From Candidatus Bathyarchaeota archaeon (GTDB lineage: Archaea; Thermoproteota; Bathyarchaeia; TCS64), in the NCBI GenBank assembly GCA_963771885.1, contig CAVYVF010000023.1:320001-384000 (forward strand): 64,000 nt of DNA, given 5' to 3'. A program made the position numbers and the translations under genes. The notes beneath the pieces were generated by a model. The model made no database searches. It was not told where the DNA came from and saw nothing but the letters and a program-made list of their open reading frames with translations. Below are positions 10,103 to 18,701 of this stretch, in pieces (within the stretch, counting starts at the first letter, position 1; every line of letters starts with the position of its first letter).

Positions 10103-10627
10103 ATGCCGTACTGCCCTAAGTGTGGTAAGGAAGTCAAAGAGGACGCTGTCTTCTGCCCCTACTGCGGTGAAACCATGAAAGCTGGGGAGCGCGTGGTTTA
10201 CGCGCGTGCCCGTGACGAGAAGGATGAGAGAGGCGAGAAGGGGGAGAAGAACGAGAAGAATGAAAAGTCTGAGAAGAACGAAGGCGCCGGCGGCATGTGG
10301 AGCGGCGTCATGGGCGGCCTCATACTGCTCTGGCTGGGCGTGACCTTCCTGCTCCGCCAGTACAACTACATCGCATCAAACGATTGGTGGAACATATTCC
10401 TCATTGGTCTGGGAGCTATCATAATCCTCCGCGGCCTCGCCCTGTACATGCAGCTTAACAACTGGCGCGCAGCAAGCGGCTTCATAATCGGCGGAGGCAT
10501 AGTTGCGCTGATAGGCGCGGCGACATTCGTCGGCCTCAGGGACTGGTGGGCTGTGCTACTCGTCCTCGCTGGCCTATGGATAATCCTCAACGCCTACATG
10601 AACAGGAATAAGCACCCGCGCCCCTAA
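10103..10627 (+). CDS. Zinc-ribbon membrane protein with (xEK)n linker and 4 TM helices
   Basis: CPKCG...CPYCG, charged repeat linker, hydrophobic C-terminal half. Confidence 0.8.
   Translation: MPYCPKCGKEVKEDAVFCPYCGETMKAGERVVYARARDEKDERGEKGEKNEKNEKSEKNEGAGGMWSGVMGGLILLWLGVTFLLRQYNYIASNDWWNIFLIGLGAIIILRGLALYMQLNNWRAASGFIIGGGIVALIGAATFVGLRDWWAVLLVLAGLWIILNAYMNRNKHPRP
10214..10285 (+). repeat. Degenerate 9-bp tandem repeat (NNNGAGAAG)x8 encoding xEK repeats
   Basis: gacgagaag gatgagaga ggcgagaag ggggagaag aacgagaag aatgaaaag tctgagaag aacgaaggc. Confidence 0.75.
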
Positions 10628-11769
10628 ACCGCCCAGCCGACAAACAATTTCCATAATAGATGTTCTAGGACCACCTCGGGCTTGTCTCGCCCGAATATCC
10701 TGAAGTGGTTCTTCCCCATCGCCTCGACAAGGTCTCCGATGCGGTATCGGGGCAGCATGACGGTGGAGATTATTATCCGCCCCCATTCCCCCCGCTTCAT
10801 CTCATGGAGCATCTTCAGGCCCGAGGCCGTCTCGACCTCGAAGAGGTAAACATCGTAGTTGGGTGAGACGTAGGGGAGTTCGTTCCTCTGCTGGGCGAAG
10901 GCGCCCTCGGTCGCGCTGTATAGCTCCACCACAGGGACGTCGCCGTAGAGGGCTCGCAGCCGCGGCGCGTACTCCTGCTGTATCTTCGCCACACTCGTGC
11001 TGTAGATGACCTTGAGCTTCCAGATGTCCTTGGGTGCGACGCCGTGCTTCTTTTTGACGTATCTCGCGAAGCCCATCTCGACGGGTGCGACGCCTATTAT
11101 GCTGGTGACCTCTTTCTCTTTCGCTTTCTGGTAGATGAACTCGTAGCGCTTTTCCCATCCCTCTGAGGTGAGGTCGGTCTTGAGGGCGTCTATCTCCTCC
11201 TGCCGTGGCACCAATGCGAGCCCCATCATCATCGGGTTGAGCTTCGCGTATGTCCCCGAACTGAAGCCGTAGACCACCTCCTTACTCCCCTGGGTGAGGA
11301 CTCGCATGTTGCTGGGAAACTGCAGGTTCAAAACACCGCCAGCAAGCAGGTCTAGCCCACCATTGTTCATCGAAAAGTTGAGAACCGCCCTGGAGCCGCA
11401 CCTGATGAGATCTTGTAAGTGCTTCGGTGTAACTGGGATGACCTTTGATTCCCCGGTGGAGCCGCGGGTCATAACCCACGTTATAGGCTCCTCGTCGAGG
11501 AAGACGAGGTGCCCCTCGCTGCGCACCCTTTCAAACCACGGCTCTAGATCTCGATACCTGACGGCGGGGAACCTCTCCCTGTACTCGGCGATGGATGAGA
11601 TGCCCTCGACGCCGTATGTCCGTCCGTACTCCGTCTTTGCGTAGCCATCTAGCAGTTTGCGCAGAACCTTGTCCTGCGCTGCGGCGGGGTCGGCGAGCCC
11701 CTGCTCCCATGCGGCGAGGTTCCTTGTGATCCGTCCTATAGGGTCCTCGAACAAATTCTGACGAGCCAA
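10624..11769 (-). CDS. GH3-family (ANL superfamily) acyl-adenylate-forming enzyme
   Basis: AQDKVLRKLL...TEYGR, TRGSTGESKVIPVT, ELYSATEG, YLFE and RYRIGDLV motifs. Confidence 0.8.
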   Translation of the reverse strand: MARQNLFEDPIGRITRNLAAWEQGLADPAAAQDKVLRKLLDGYAKTEYGRTYGVEGISSIAEYRERFPAVRYRDLEPWFERVRSEGHLVFLDEEPITWVMTRGSTGESKVIPVTPKHLQDLIRCGSRAVLNFSMNNGGLDLLAGGVLNLQFPSNMRVLTQGSKEVVYGFSSGTYAKLNPMMMGLALVPRQEEIDALKTDLTSEGWEKRYEFIYQKAKEKEVTSIIGVAPVEMGFARYVKKKHGVAPKDIWKLKVIYSTSVAKIQQEYAPRLRALYGDVPVVELYSATEGAFAQQRNELPYVSPNYDVYLFEVETASGLKMLHEMKRGEWGRIIISTVMLPRYRIGDLVEAMGKNHFRIFGRDKPEVVLEHLLWKLFVGWAV

Positions 11770-12218
11770 TATTGCGAACTCATCGTTATAGAGATTCGCC
11801 CACGCTCAACCCGCGCCGCACACGCTAAAAGAGGGAGGAGTACACAAAATAACTAGAAAAAGATCCCGTTGGTTGAAAGAAGCTAAACAAATAAGCTTGT
11901 TAGAGATCGAAAGTGTACATTTTACACAATGACGCTAAACTATACAAAAAGTGCACTCAAAACGACGTTTTCGGACACGCTGCCCTACATCGCTGCGAAA
12001 TAACCCGTTTTCCATATGAACTACAAGCACACCGGTTATAAAAACGGGGTCATCCCAATCGGCAAAAAAACACGCCGTTCCCTTAGAGGGTTCCGGAAAC
12101 ACCACCAATCTCAACAAAAGAAGCATATACACCCTACAAATCCCCGCAGAGAATCACCCGCACATTCGACCCAAAATAAAGGCTCCACTTTTTATTCGGA
12201 GACCCACCCGATACCCCA

Positions 12219-12971
12219 GTGAAACCCATGAAGAAACAAGTCATCCTCACAGTAGCCGAGTCGAAGAGGCTAATCGCAAAGGGAGTCGCCGCCCTACCCG
12301 AGGTACAAGGCGCAATGCAAGAGGGATACGTCGTAGTCGCCACGGGTACAACTAACGCCTACATCCTCCAGGAGCTAAAGGGCGAGAAGTTCGACCTACG
12401 CAGATACCGTAGCGGAATCACAACCCCACAGGTACCCGAGAAACAGCCAGAGAAACAGGGCGAGCCCATCCCCGACGTCGTCTTCCGAAAAGGCGAGGTC
12501 GCCAAGGAGCTCGACCGCTACAACGCCGTCAAGGTAATGGGCAAGAACGACGTCTACATCAAAGGCGCCAACGCCCTCGACTACGTCGGGCAGATGGCAG
12601 GGGTCCTCATCGCAGGCGAATCCGGCGGCACAGTCGGCGCCGTCCTAGGCACAATAATCGGCAAGAAGATCACACTCCTTATCCCCATCGGGCTCGAAAA
12701 GCTCGTCTACGAGGACATGAACGAGCTACACATGCTAACCATGGACCCCGACAGCGAGGGACCAGCCATCTGGCCCATAACCGGCCTCATCTTCACCGAG
12801 ATCGAGGCACTCGAGGTCCTCTGCGGTGTACAGGCTACCCTCATCTCAGCCGGCGGAGTCGCCGGAGCCGAGGGGAGCGTCCGCCTCCTCATTGAGGGCA
12901 TCGACGAGGACGTGGAGGCCGCCGCTGAGCTCGTCAAGGGCATCAAGGGCGAGCCCCGCTACCTACTCTAA
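12219..12971 (+). CDS. Conserved hypothetical protein
   Basis: 250-aa ORF with host-like codon use; LTVAESKRLIAKG, GTTNAY, KGANALD and PIGLEK blocks; function not recognised. Confidence 0.75.
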   Translation: MKPMKKQVILTVAESKRLIAKGVAALPEVQGAMQEGYVVVATGTTNAYILQELKGEKFDLRRYRSGITTPQVPEKQPEKQGEPIPDVVFRKGEVAKELDRYNAVKVMGKNDVYIKGANALDYVGQMAGVLIAGESGGTVGAVLGTIIGKKITLLIPIGLEKLVYEDMNELHMLTMDPDSEGPAIWPITGLIFTEIEALEVLCGVQATLISAGGVAGAEGSVRLLIEGIDEDVEAAAELVKGIKGEPRYLL

Positions 12972-12974
12972 ACG

Positions 12975-13838
12975 GTGCTCACGGTGCTCAGAGACGAGAC
13001 CTTAAACCGCCTTGCGAAGCACAGACTAACCGCCGAGGCTACACTCGACGAGCAGCAGCTCATCGACGCTGGGGTAATAACTGCCCTCATCGACGCTTCT
13101 GGTCTCAAAGCGGAGGATACCGCACTGGAGATCGGACCAGGCGCGGGCAACATCACCGTCGAGCTGGCGAAGAGGAGTAAAAAAGTCTACACAGTTGAGA
13201 AGAACCCAAAGTTCCTCCCACTCCTCAAGGAGAGGCTAGAGGGGAGCAACGTTGAGGTCATACTCGGCGACGCCCTCACAATCTACCTCCCACAGTTTGA
13301 CGTCCTCGTCTCAAACCTACCCTATGCAATAATCGAGGCAGTCATGCAAAGGCTAAAGTATCTACATTTCCGAGCCGCATCCCTTCTAGTTCCGATCTCA
13401 CTCGCCAATATTCTCACCGCGAGACACGGCGAGCTACAATACAGCAAGCTAACCCTCGAAGCTAACCTCTTCTTCCACGTCTCTCTAGTGAAGGTGGTCA
13501 AGCAGTCCGCTTACCACCCTGAGCCGAAAACGGAGACCGCCATAATCAACCTGAAGCCTAGGAAGGCAACCGAAAAAGGCGAAGCCGTCATCTGGCACCT
13601 CCTCAAGCAGAGGGACAAGAAAGTAACTAACGCGCTGCGGGAAGCTCTCATCTCCATAGAGGGGTATCCCCAAACGAAGAATGCGGCTAAGGAAGCGATC
13701 ACAATGCTCCAATTGAACAATCAACTACTCGAGAAACGTGTCTACTCCCTCAGCCTCGCAGACGTCGAGTTGATACGCAGCCGTTTAGACGAGGACGCCG
13801 CTAAACACCCGCCAGGCGAGCACCGATATAGCGGGTAG
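12975..13838 (+). CDS. RsmA/KsgA/Dim1-family rRNA adenine methyltransferase (divergent)
   Basis: SAM motif LEIGPGAGNIT, VSNLPY, YSKLT, YHPEPKTET. Confidence 0.8.
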   Translation: MLTVLRDETLNRLAKHRLTAEATLDEQQLIDAGVITALIDASGLKAEDTALEIGPGAGNITVELAKRSKKVYTVEKNPKFLPLLKERLEGSNVEVILGDALTIYLPQFDVLVSNLPYAIIEAVMQRLKYLHFRAASLLVPISLANILTARHGELQYSKLTLEANLFFHVSLVKVVKQSAYHPEPKTETAIINLKPRKATEKGEAVIWHLLKQRDKKVTNALREALISIEGYPQTKNAAKEAITMLQLNNQLLEKRVYSLSLADVELIRSRLDEDAAKHPPGEHRYSG

Positions 13839-14014
13839 ACAGAGCGCACCCAAAACTAGGGCAAGCTTTGCGATACTCTTCACCGGCATATTCTTCACAC
13901 ATAACAGCCCCGCAGCCACAGTCTTAATCCTAGGGAACCGAACAACCGTTCTAAAACCCCGAACGCTATGGCGAAATTGAAATAGTACAGATGCGAAGTG
14001 CCTATTGAGAGACC

Positions 14015-14260
14015 TTGAAGGCATACGTACTCTTGAATACTGAGCTAGGGAAGGAACCCGAGGTCATCAAGGCGATGAAGGGCGCTAAGGAGGTCAAAAA
14101 CATATACAGCCTCTACGGCATCTACGACGTAATCGTCGAGGTCGAGGCCGAGACGATGGAGAAAGTGAAGGAGGTCGTCTTCAACCGCATAAGGCGGCTT
14201 GACAACGTGAAGAGCACCATCACCCTGATCACTTACGGCGAACCTGTAACTAACCCGTAG
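14015..14260 (+). CDS. Lrp/AsnC ligand-binding-domain-only protein
   Basis: KAYVLLNTELGKE...YGIYDVIVEVE...IRRLDNVKSTITL. Confidence 0.88.
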   Translation: MKAYVLLNTELGKEPEVIKAMKGAKEVKNIYSLYGIYDVIVEVEAETMEKVKEVVFNRIRRLDNVKSTITLITYGEPVTNP

Positions 14261-14399
14261 ATGTCTACATCTAGACCGCCGACCTCCACACGTTTCTTAG
14301 ACGACCGACAATACACGCCCGCGAGCCCTCTATAGAGACAATACTCGCAATAAGATACGGTTTTATCTCTGTTTGAGAGTCTCCATCGCGGTAAAGAAC

Positions 14400-15479
14400 A
14401 TGAGCAACGGTGGAGCAATAGGCTTCGGCGGATTCCTCCTCGGACTTGGGGCCGGATACCTTGTGTTCAGGGAGCTCAACCTCGCGGTGAATAGCCTCGC
14501 GTGGATACTGATGATAATCGGGGCGACCATCATACTCTCAGCCTTGATACGCTATGCAAGTCCAAACCTCGGGATACACAGGATAGTCGGCGGACTCGCC
14601 GGCGGACTCGTCTTTGCCCTATTCCTCACCCAGGGATTCAACTTCTTCTCAGGAATATTCAACACAGGCAACACCCTCCTACCCTACTCGACGACAGAGG
14701 TAAAGACCTATACGGGACCCAGCCCAAGCGACTCCATCTACCTCCGCCTCGGCTCGATAAACGGGCAGATCATGCTCAGCACATGGGACAAGCCCGAGTA
14801 CAGCATCGAGGCGACAATCATCGCCCGCGGCGCCACCCAGTCTGAGGCAGATAGCAACCTCGCCGCCCTTAACAAGGAGCTCACAACGGAGGAGACTACC
14901 GCCCAGCAGAAGCTCACACTCCTCTACACATCCAACCTCCTCAACAACCCTCACCAGATCAACGTTGTAGTCACGCTCCCCGCATCAGCTACCCTCGATC
15001 TCGACCTCACGAGCAGCAACGGCGACATCACTCTCACAGATGTAGACGGAGGTTCCGTTGTCGTCCACACGAGCAACGCAGCGCTACAGCTCGACAACGT
15101 GCGCGCTGACACCATCCGCGCATCGACATCCAACGGTGCTATAACGGGCACAGTCGACGCCTCAAACTGCATACTCGACACCAGCAACGCACGCATCAAC
15201 ATACAGGTCCTTTCTACCACCAGCGGGTCATACACACTTGACACGAGCAACGGCGCGGTGAATCTCACAGTCGGCTCATCAGCCTCCTACAGGCTCAATG
15301 CCGAGACAAGTAACGCCGACGTCACTTTCACCCTCCCCAACTTGACATACACACGCGACACCAGAACATCCAAGGTAGCCCAGACAGTCGGCTACGACAC
15401 TGCGGACACTAAGATAACCGTGAACATCCAAACCAGCAACAGCGACGTAACAGTGAACAGGAACGTCGCTGGCATCTAG
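14400..15479 (+). CDS. Membrane-anchored DUF4097-like beta-repeat (adhesin-like) protein
   Basis: Three N-terminal TM segments, then repeated (T/S)SNG/A-I beta units. Confidence 0.8.
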   Translation: MSNGGAIGFGGFLLGLGAGYLVFRELNLAVNSLAWILMIIGATIILSALIRYASPNLGIHRIVGGLAGGLVFALFLTQGFNFFSGIFNTGNTLLPYSTTEVKTYTGPSPSDSIYLRLGSINGQIMLSTWDKPEYSIEATIIARGATQSEADSNLAALNKELTTEETTAQQKLTLLYTSNLLNNPHQINVVVTLPASATLDLDLTSSNGDITLTDVDGGSVVVHTSNAALQLDNVRADTIRASTSNGAITGTVDASNCILDTSNARINIQVLSTTSGSYTLDTSNGAVNLTVGSSASYRLNAETSNADVTFTLPNLTYTRDTRTSKVAQTVGYDTADTKITVNIQTSNSDVTVNRNVAGI

Positions 15480-15613
15480 ACAACGTCACGATAAGTTCCA
15501 CGCACCGCCTCGATCACGCCCAGAGGAGGCTGATAGCGTAGAGAACAAGTATGGGACAATTTTAGGTAACGTTTTTATGTTCAACAGTTACAAACTGTCG
15601 GGAGATTTCCGCA

Positions 15614-16102
15614 GTGTCAAGGGAATTCAACTATATAGTAAGGCTACACGGGACCAACCTCGACGGTACAAAGGCGGTCCCCTATGCCATCTCCGCCATC
15701 AAGGGAGTTGGCAGCCGTATGGCTTTATCCTTGACCAAGGCGGTTGGCGTAGATCCGACCCAAAGGTTGGGGAGCCTCTCCGACGCCGAAGTCAAGCGTC
15801 TGGAGGAAGCACTCGACAACCCAGTCAAAGTAGGGCTGCCGACGTGGATGCTCAATCACAGGAAGGATCCAATAACAGGCGGTGACCACCACCACCTCGC
15901 CTCCGACTTGGACATAAGGACCAAGGACGAACTCGAGCTCATGAGGGAAACCCGGAGCTGGAAGGGAGAACGCCACGCAAGAGGCATCAAAGTCCGTGGA
16001 CAACACACAAAGACCACGGCGCGCAAGGGCCGTAGCGTAGGTGTCACCAAGAAGCAGCTGCAGCAGCCAGGCGGCGCAGCAGCCGCGAAGAAGGAGGAAT
16101 AA
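15614..16102 (+). CDS. rps13: 30S ribosomal protein S13 (uS13)
   Basis: YIVRLHGTNLDGTK, IKGVG, SWKGERHARGIKVRGQHTKTTAR. Confidence 0.97.
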   Translation: MSREFNYIVRLHGTNLDGTKAVPYAISAIKGVGSRMALSLTKAVGVDPTQRLGSLSDAEVKRLEEALDNPVKVGLPTWMLNHRKDPITGGDHHHLASDLDIRTKDELELMRETRSWKGERHARGIKVRGQHTKTTARKGRSVGVTKKQLQQPGGAAAAKKEE

Positions 16103-16106
16103 ACGC

Positions 16107-16658
16107 ATGGGAGACCCAAAGAAGCAGCATAAGACGTACACGACTCCACGCGTTCCCTACGACACCGAGATGTTCATGGAGGAGCTAAAACTCCTCGGCG
16201 CATACGGACTACGCAACAAGCACGAGCTCTGGCGAGTCAGGACACACCTGAGTGACCTCCGCCGCAGAGCACGCAACCTCCTCGCCCAGACTGCCACCGA
16301 GCGCGAAAAGCAGGAGAAGGAGATGATCTCCAAGCTCCACAAGATGGGGCTCGTCCAAGAAAACGGAACACTAGACGACATACTCACCCTCAGCATAGAG
16401 GATCTCATGGAGCGCAGACTCCAAACCTACATCTTCAGGAAAGGCATGGTAAAGAGCCTATGGCAGGCACGCCAATTCATCACACACGGACACATCAGCA
16501 TAAACGGCAATGAAATAAAAGTACCCGGCTACCACGTCCTCATAGACGACGAGAAAACCATCGAGTTCACAAACGTCAGCCCATTCAACAACAAAGACCA
16601 CCCCCTCCGCAAGGAGATGTCAGTAAACGAGATCGCAGGAGGAAACAGAGTTGAGTAA
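16107..16658 (+). CDS. rps4: 30S ribosomal protein S4 (uS4)
   Basis: [38 protein letters not shown]. Confidence 0.97.
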   Translation: MGDPKKQHKTYTTPRVPYDTEMFMEELKLLGAYGLRNKHELWRVRTHLSDLRRRARNLLAQTATEREKQEKEMISKLHKMGLVQENGTLDDILTLSIEDLMERRLQTYIFRKGMVKSLWQARQFITHGHISINGNEIKVPGYHVLIDDEKTIEFTNVSPFNNKDHPLRKEMSVNEIAGGNRVE

Positions 16659-17112
16659 CGAAACTGAAGCCACTCCGAGCCCGAACGCAACTCCAGCGCC
16701 GACACCAGTCACGACGCCTCCGCCAGCAGGCGACAAGTGGGCAATAGTCCACGTCTTCAGCAGCTTCAACAATACTATCATACACATGACAGATCTCACT
16801 GGCGCCGAGACCTTCGGCTTCGCAACCGGCGGAATGTTCGTCAAGGCAGATAGGCTCAAACCGAGCCCCTACGCCGCGATGAAGGCCGCCCAGCAGATAG
16901 CCGACTGGGGCCGTGACAAGGGCGTCACAGGCATACACATTAAGGTTCGCGCGCCTGGAGGCAGCGGGTCCAAGACCCCCGGCCCAGGAGCGCAGGCAGC
17001 GATCCGTATCCTCGCCCGAAGCGGCTTCAGGATCGGTCGCATCGAAGAGGTCACCCCCGTCCCCCACGATGGCACACGCAAGCCCGGAGGAAGGAGAGGC
17101 AGAAGGCCGTAA
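16651..17112 (+). CDS. rps11: 30S ribosomal protein S11 (uS11) with Pro/Thr-rich N-terminal extension
   Basis: [52 protein letters not shown]. Confidence 0.97.
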   Translation: MSNETEATPSPNATPAPTPVTTPPPAGDKWAIVHVFSSFNNTIIHMTDLTGAETFGFATGGMFVKADRLKPSPYAAMKAAQQIADWGRDKGVTGIHIKVRAPGGSGSKTPGPGAQAAIRILARSGFRIGRIEEVTPVPHDGTRKPGGRRGRRP

Positions 17113-17127
17113 GCTGGTGGTGCTGCA

Positions 17128-18072
17128 ATGAAGGTAACAGTGCTAAGCGTAAACGAGGACACCATCCGCTTCACGGTAGATGGAATAGACAACGCATTCG
17201 CTAACGCACTACGCAGAACCATGGTCAGCGAAGTCCCAACAATGTCCATTGAGGACATCTTCTACTACGACAACACGAGCGTCGTCCCCGACGAGGTTCT
17301 TGCACACAGGATAGGCATGGTCCCCCTCAAGACCGATCTAGAACACTATAGGCTTCCATCTGAGTGCGACTGCAAGGCCGACCTCGGCTGTCCCAAGTGT
17401 CGAGTCACCCTCAGCCTCAGCGTGAAGGCGGAAGACGAGAAGAGGACAGTCTACTCCGGCGATCTGCAGCCAGTGGACCCCGCCATCACACCCGTCAGCC
17501 CCTATATACCTCTGGCGAAGCTGGCCGCGGGCCAGTCGATAAGCCTCGAGGCGTACGCACAGCTCGGGAAGGGGCGCTTCCACACCAAGTGGAGTCCCGT
17601 TGCGATGGCGATCTACCAGAACGTAGCAGAGATAAAGACGGATGCGGCGACCGCCGCAAAGTGCGCGGAGGAGTCGCCCAAGGGCGTAGTTCTAGCCAAG
17701 AAGGACACAATAAAAGTCGTTGACATTCAGGCCTTCAACCGCAGCCCCACATGTGCCAGCCTCCTGAAGGAGGAAACCCTCAAGAGCCACATGAAGATGG
17801 ACGAATTCGTCTTCATCGTGGAGTCGACTGGCGCACTCGCACCCGAGAAGATAGTCACAGAGGCTGTAAAGATCCTCAACGCGAAGCTCGAGGAGCTCAA
17901 GCGGAAGGTAGACGCGGGCGAGCTGCACGAGGAGATTGAGGACTTTGAGGCTCCCACAGAGGTGGGCAGGCGCCTCTACAGCATAGGCTCCGGTGAGTTC
18001 GACGAGGAGGAAGAGGGAGAGGAAGGCGGCGGCGCAGCAACAGGAAGTGAACCAACATATGATGAACAGTGA
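17128..18072 (+). CDS. rpoD: DNA-directed RNA polymerase subunit D (Rpo3)
   Basis: FANALRRTMVSEVPTMSIE, DEVLAHRIGMVPL, GKGRFHTKWSP, VESTGAL. Confidence 0.96.
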   Translation: MKVTVLSVNEDTIRFTVDGIDNAFANALRRTMVSEVPTMSIEDIFYYDNTSVVPDEVLAHRIGMVPLKTDLEHYRLPSECDCKADLGCPKCRVTLSLSVKAEDEKRTVYSGDLQPVDPAITPVSPYIPLAKLAAGQSISLEAYAQLGKGRFHTKWSPVAMAIYQNVAEIKTDAATAAKCAEESPKGVVLAKKDTIKVVDIQAFNRSPTCASLLKEETLKSHMKMDEFVFIVESTGALAPEKIVTEAVKILNAKLEELKRKVDAGELHEEIEDFEAPTEVGRRLYSIGSGEFDEEEEGEEGGGAATGSEPTYDEQ

Positions 18073-18406
18073 ACTTGAGAAGACTATAAGGGAGTTAAAG
18101 ACGGCGAAGAAGAAGACGGGTCAGCCCATATGGGGTGCCCTCGCCGAGGAGCTCGACAAGCCGAAGAGGATCAGGGTAGACGTCAACCTGAGCAGTATAA
18201 ACAGGCTCACAAAGGAAGGTGAGGTAGCCGCTGTACCCGGCAAAGTCCTCGCAACAGGCAAGCTAGAGCACCCCGTAACCGTCGCAGCGTTCTCCTTCAG
18301 CGACGCAGCCAAGGAGAAGATCGAGGCGGCGGGCGGAGTCGTCAAGTCCCTCACTCAACTGGCCGGTGAAGGCGTCGAGCCCTCAAAGGTCAAGTTGATC
18401 AAGTAA
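18059..18406 (+). CDS. rpl18e: 50S ribosomal protein L18e (eL18)
   Basis: VNLSSINR, VPGKVLATG, VAAFSFSDAAKEKIEAAGG; operon position. Confidence 0.95.
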   Translation: MMNSELEKTIRELKTAKKKTGQPIWGALAEELDKPKRIRVDVNLSSINRLTKEGEVAAVPGKVLATGKLEHPVTVAAFSFSDAAKEKIEAAGGVVKSLTQLAGEGVEPSKVKLIK

Positions 18407-18435
18407 CCTACCCCACTTTTACCGGCCTTCGGGCT

Positions 18436-18449
18436 GAAACGTTTAAATT
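18436..18449 (+). promoter_or_regulatory. BRE/TATA promoter of the tRNA gene
   Basis: GAAACGTTTAAATT ending about 28 nt upstream of the tRNA. Confidence 0.6.
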
Positions 18450-18476
18450 TGGACGCTTGCATGAGTGTTGGCGGTT

Positions 18477-18553
18477 GGGTTCGTAGCTCAGCAAGGTAGA
18501 GCGGCGGCCTCTTAAGCCGTTGGCCGAGGGTCCGAATCCCTCCGAACCCGCCA
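18477..18553 (+). tRNA. tRNA-Lys (CTT), CCA encoded
   Basis: Acceptor stem GGGTTCG/CGAACCC, D arm TAGCTCAGCAAGGTAGAGC, anticodon arm GCGGC-CTCTTAA-GCCGT, T arm GAGGG-TCCGAAT-CCCTC, 3' GCCA. Confidence 0.95.
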
Positions 18554-18701
18554 TTCTTATACACTCTCGCTTATGCCGTGATACTGCGCATATGCCAAAA
18601 CTATTCGTAATATTTAGGGACTCGGCGATAAGAGTCTATATTATGATATAAGAGCCGGCTTTTAAAAAGGCAAATGAGAATATTGGGGAGGTATTGCACG
18701 T

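Noticed and set aside
12085..12102. GTTCCGGAAAC (and the GGGAAAC repeats at 32887-32961) as ORB replication-origin boxes
   Set aside because: They lack the TCCA-TGGAAA core spacing, and no cdc6/orc1 is nearby
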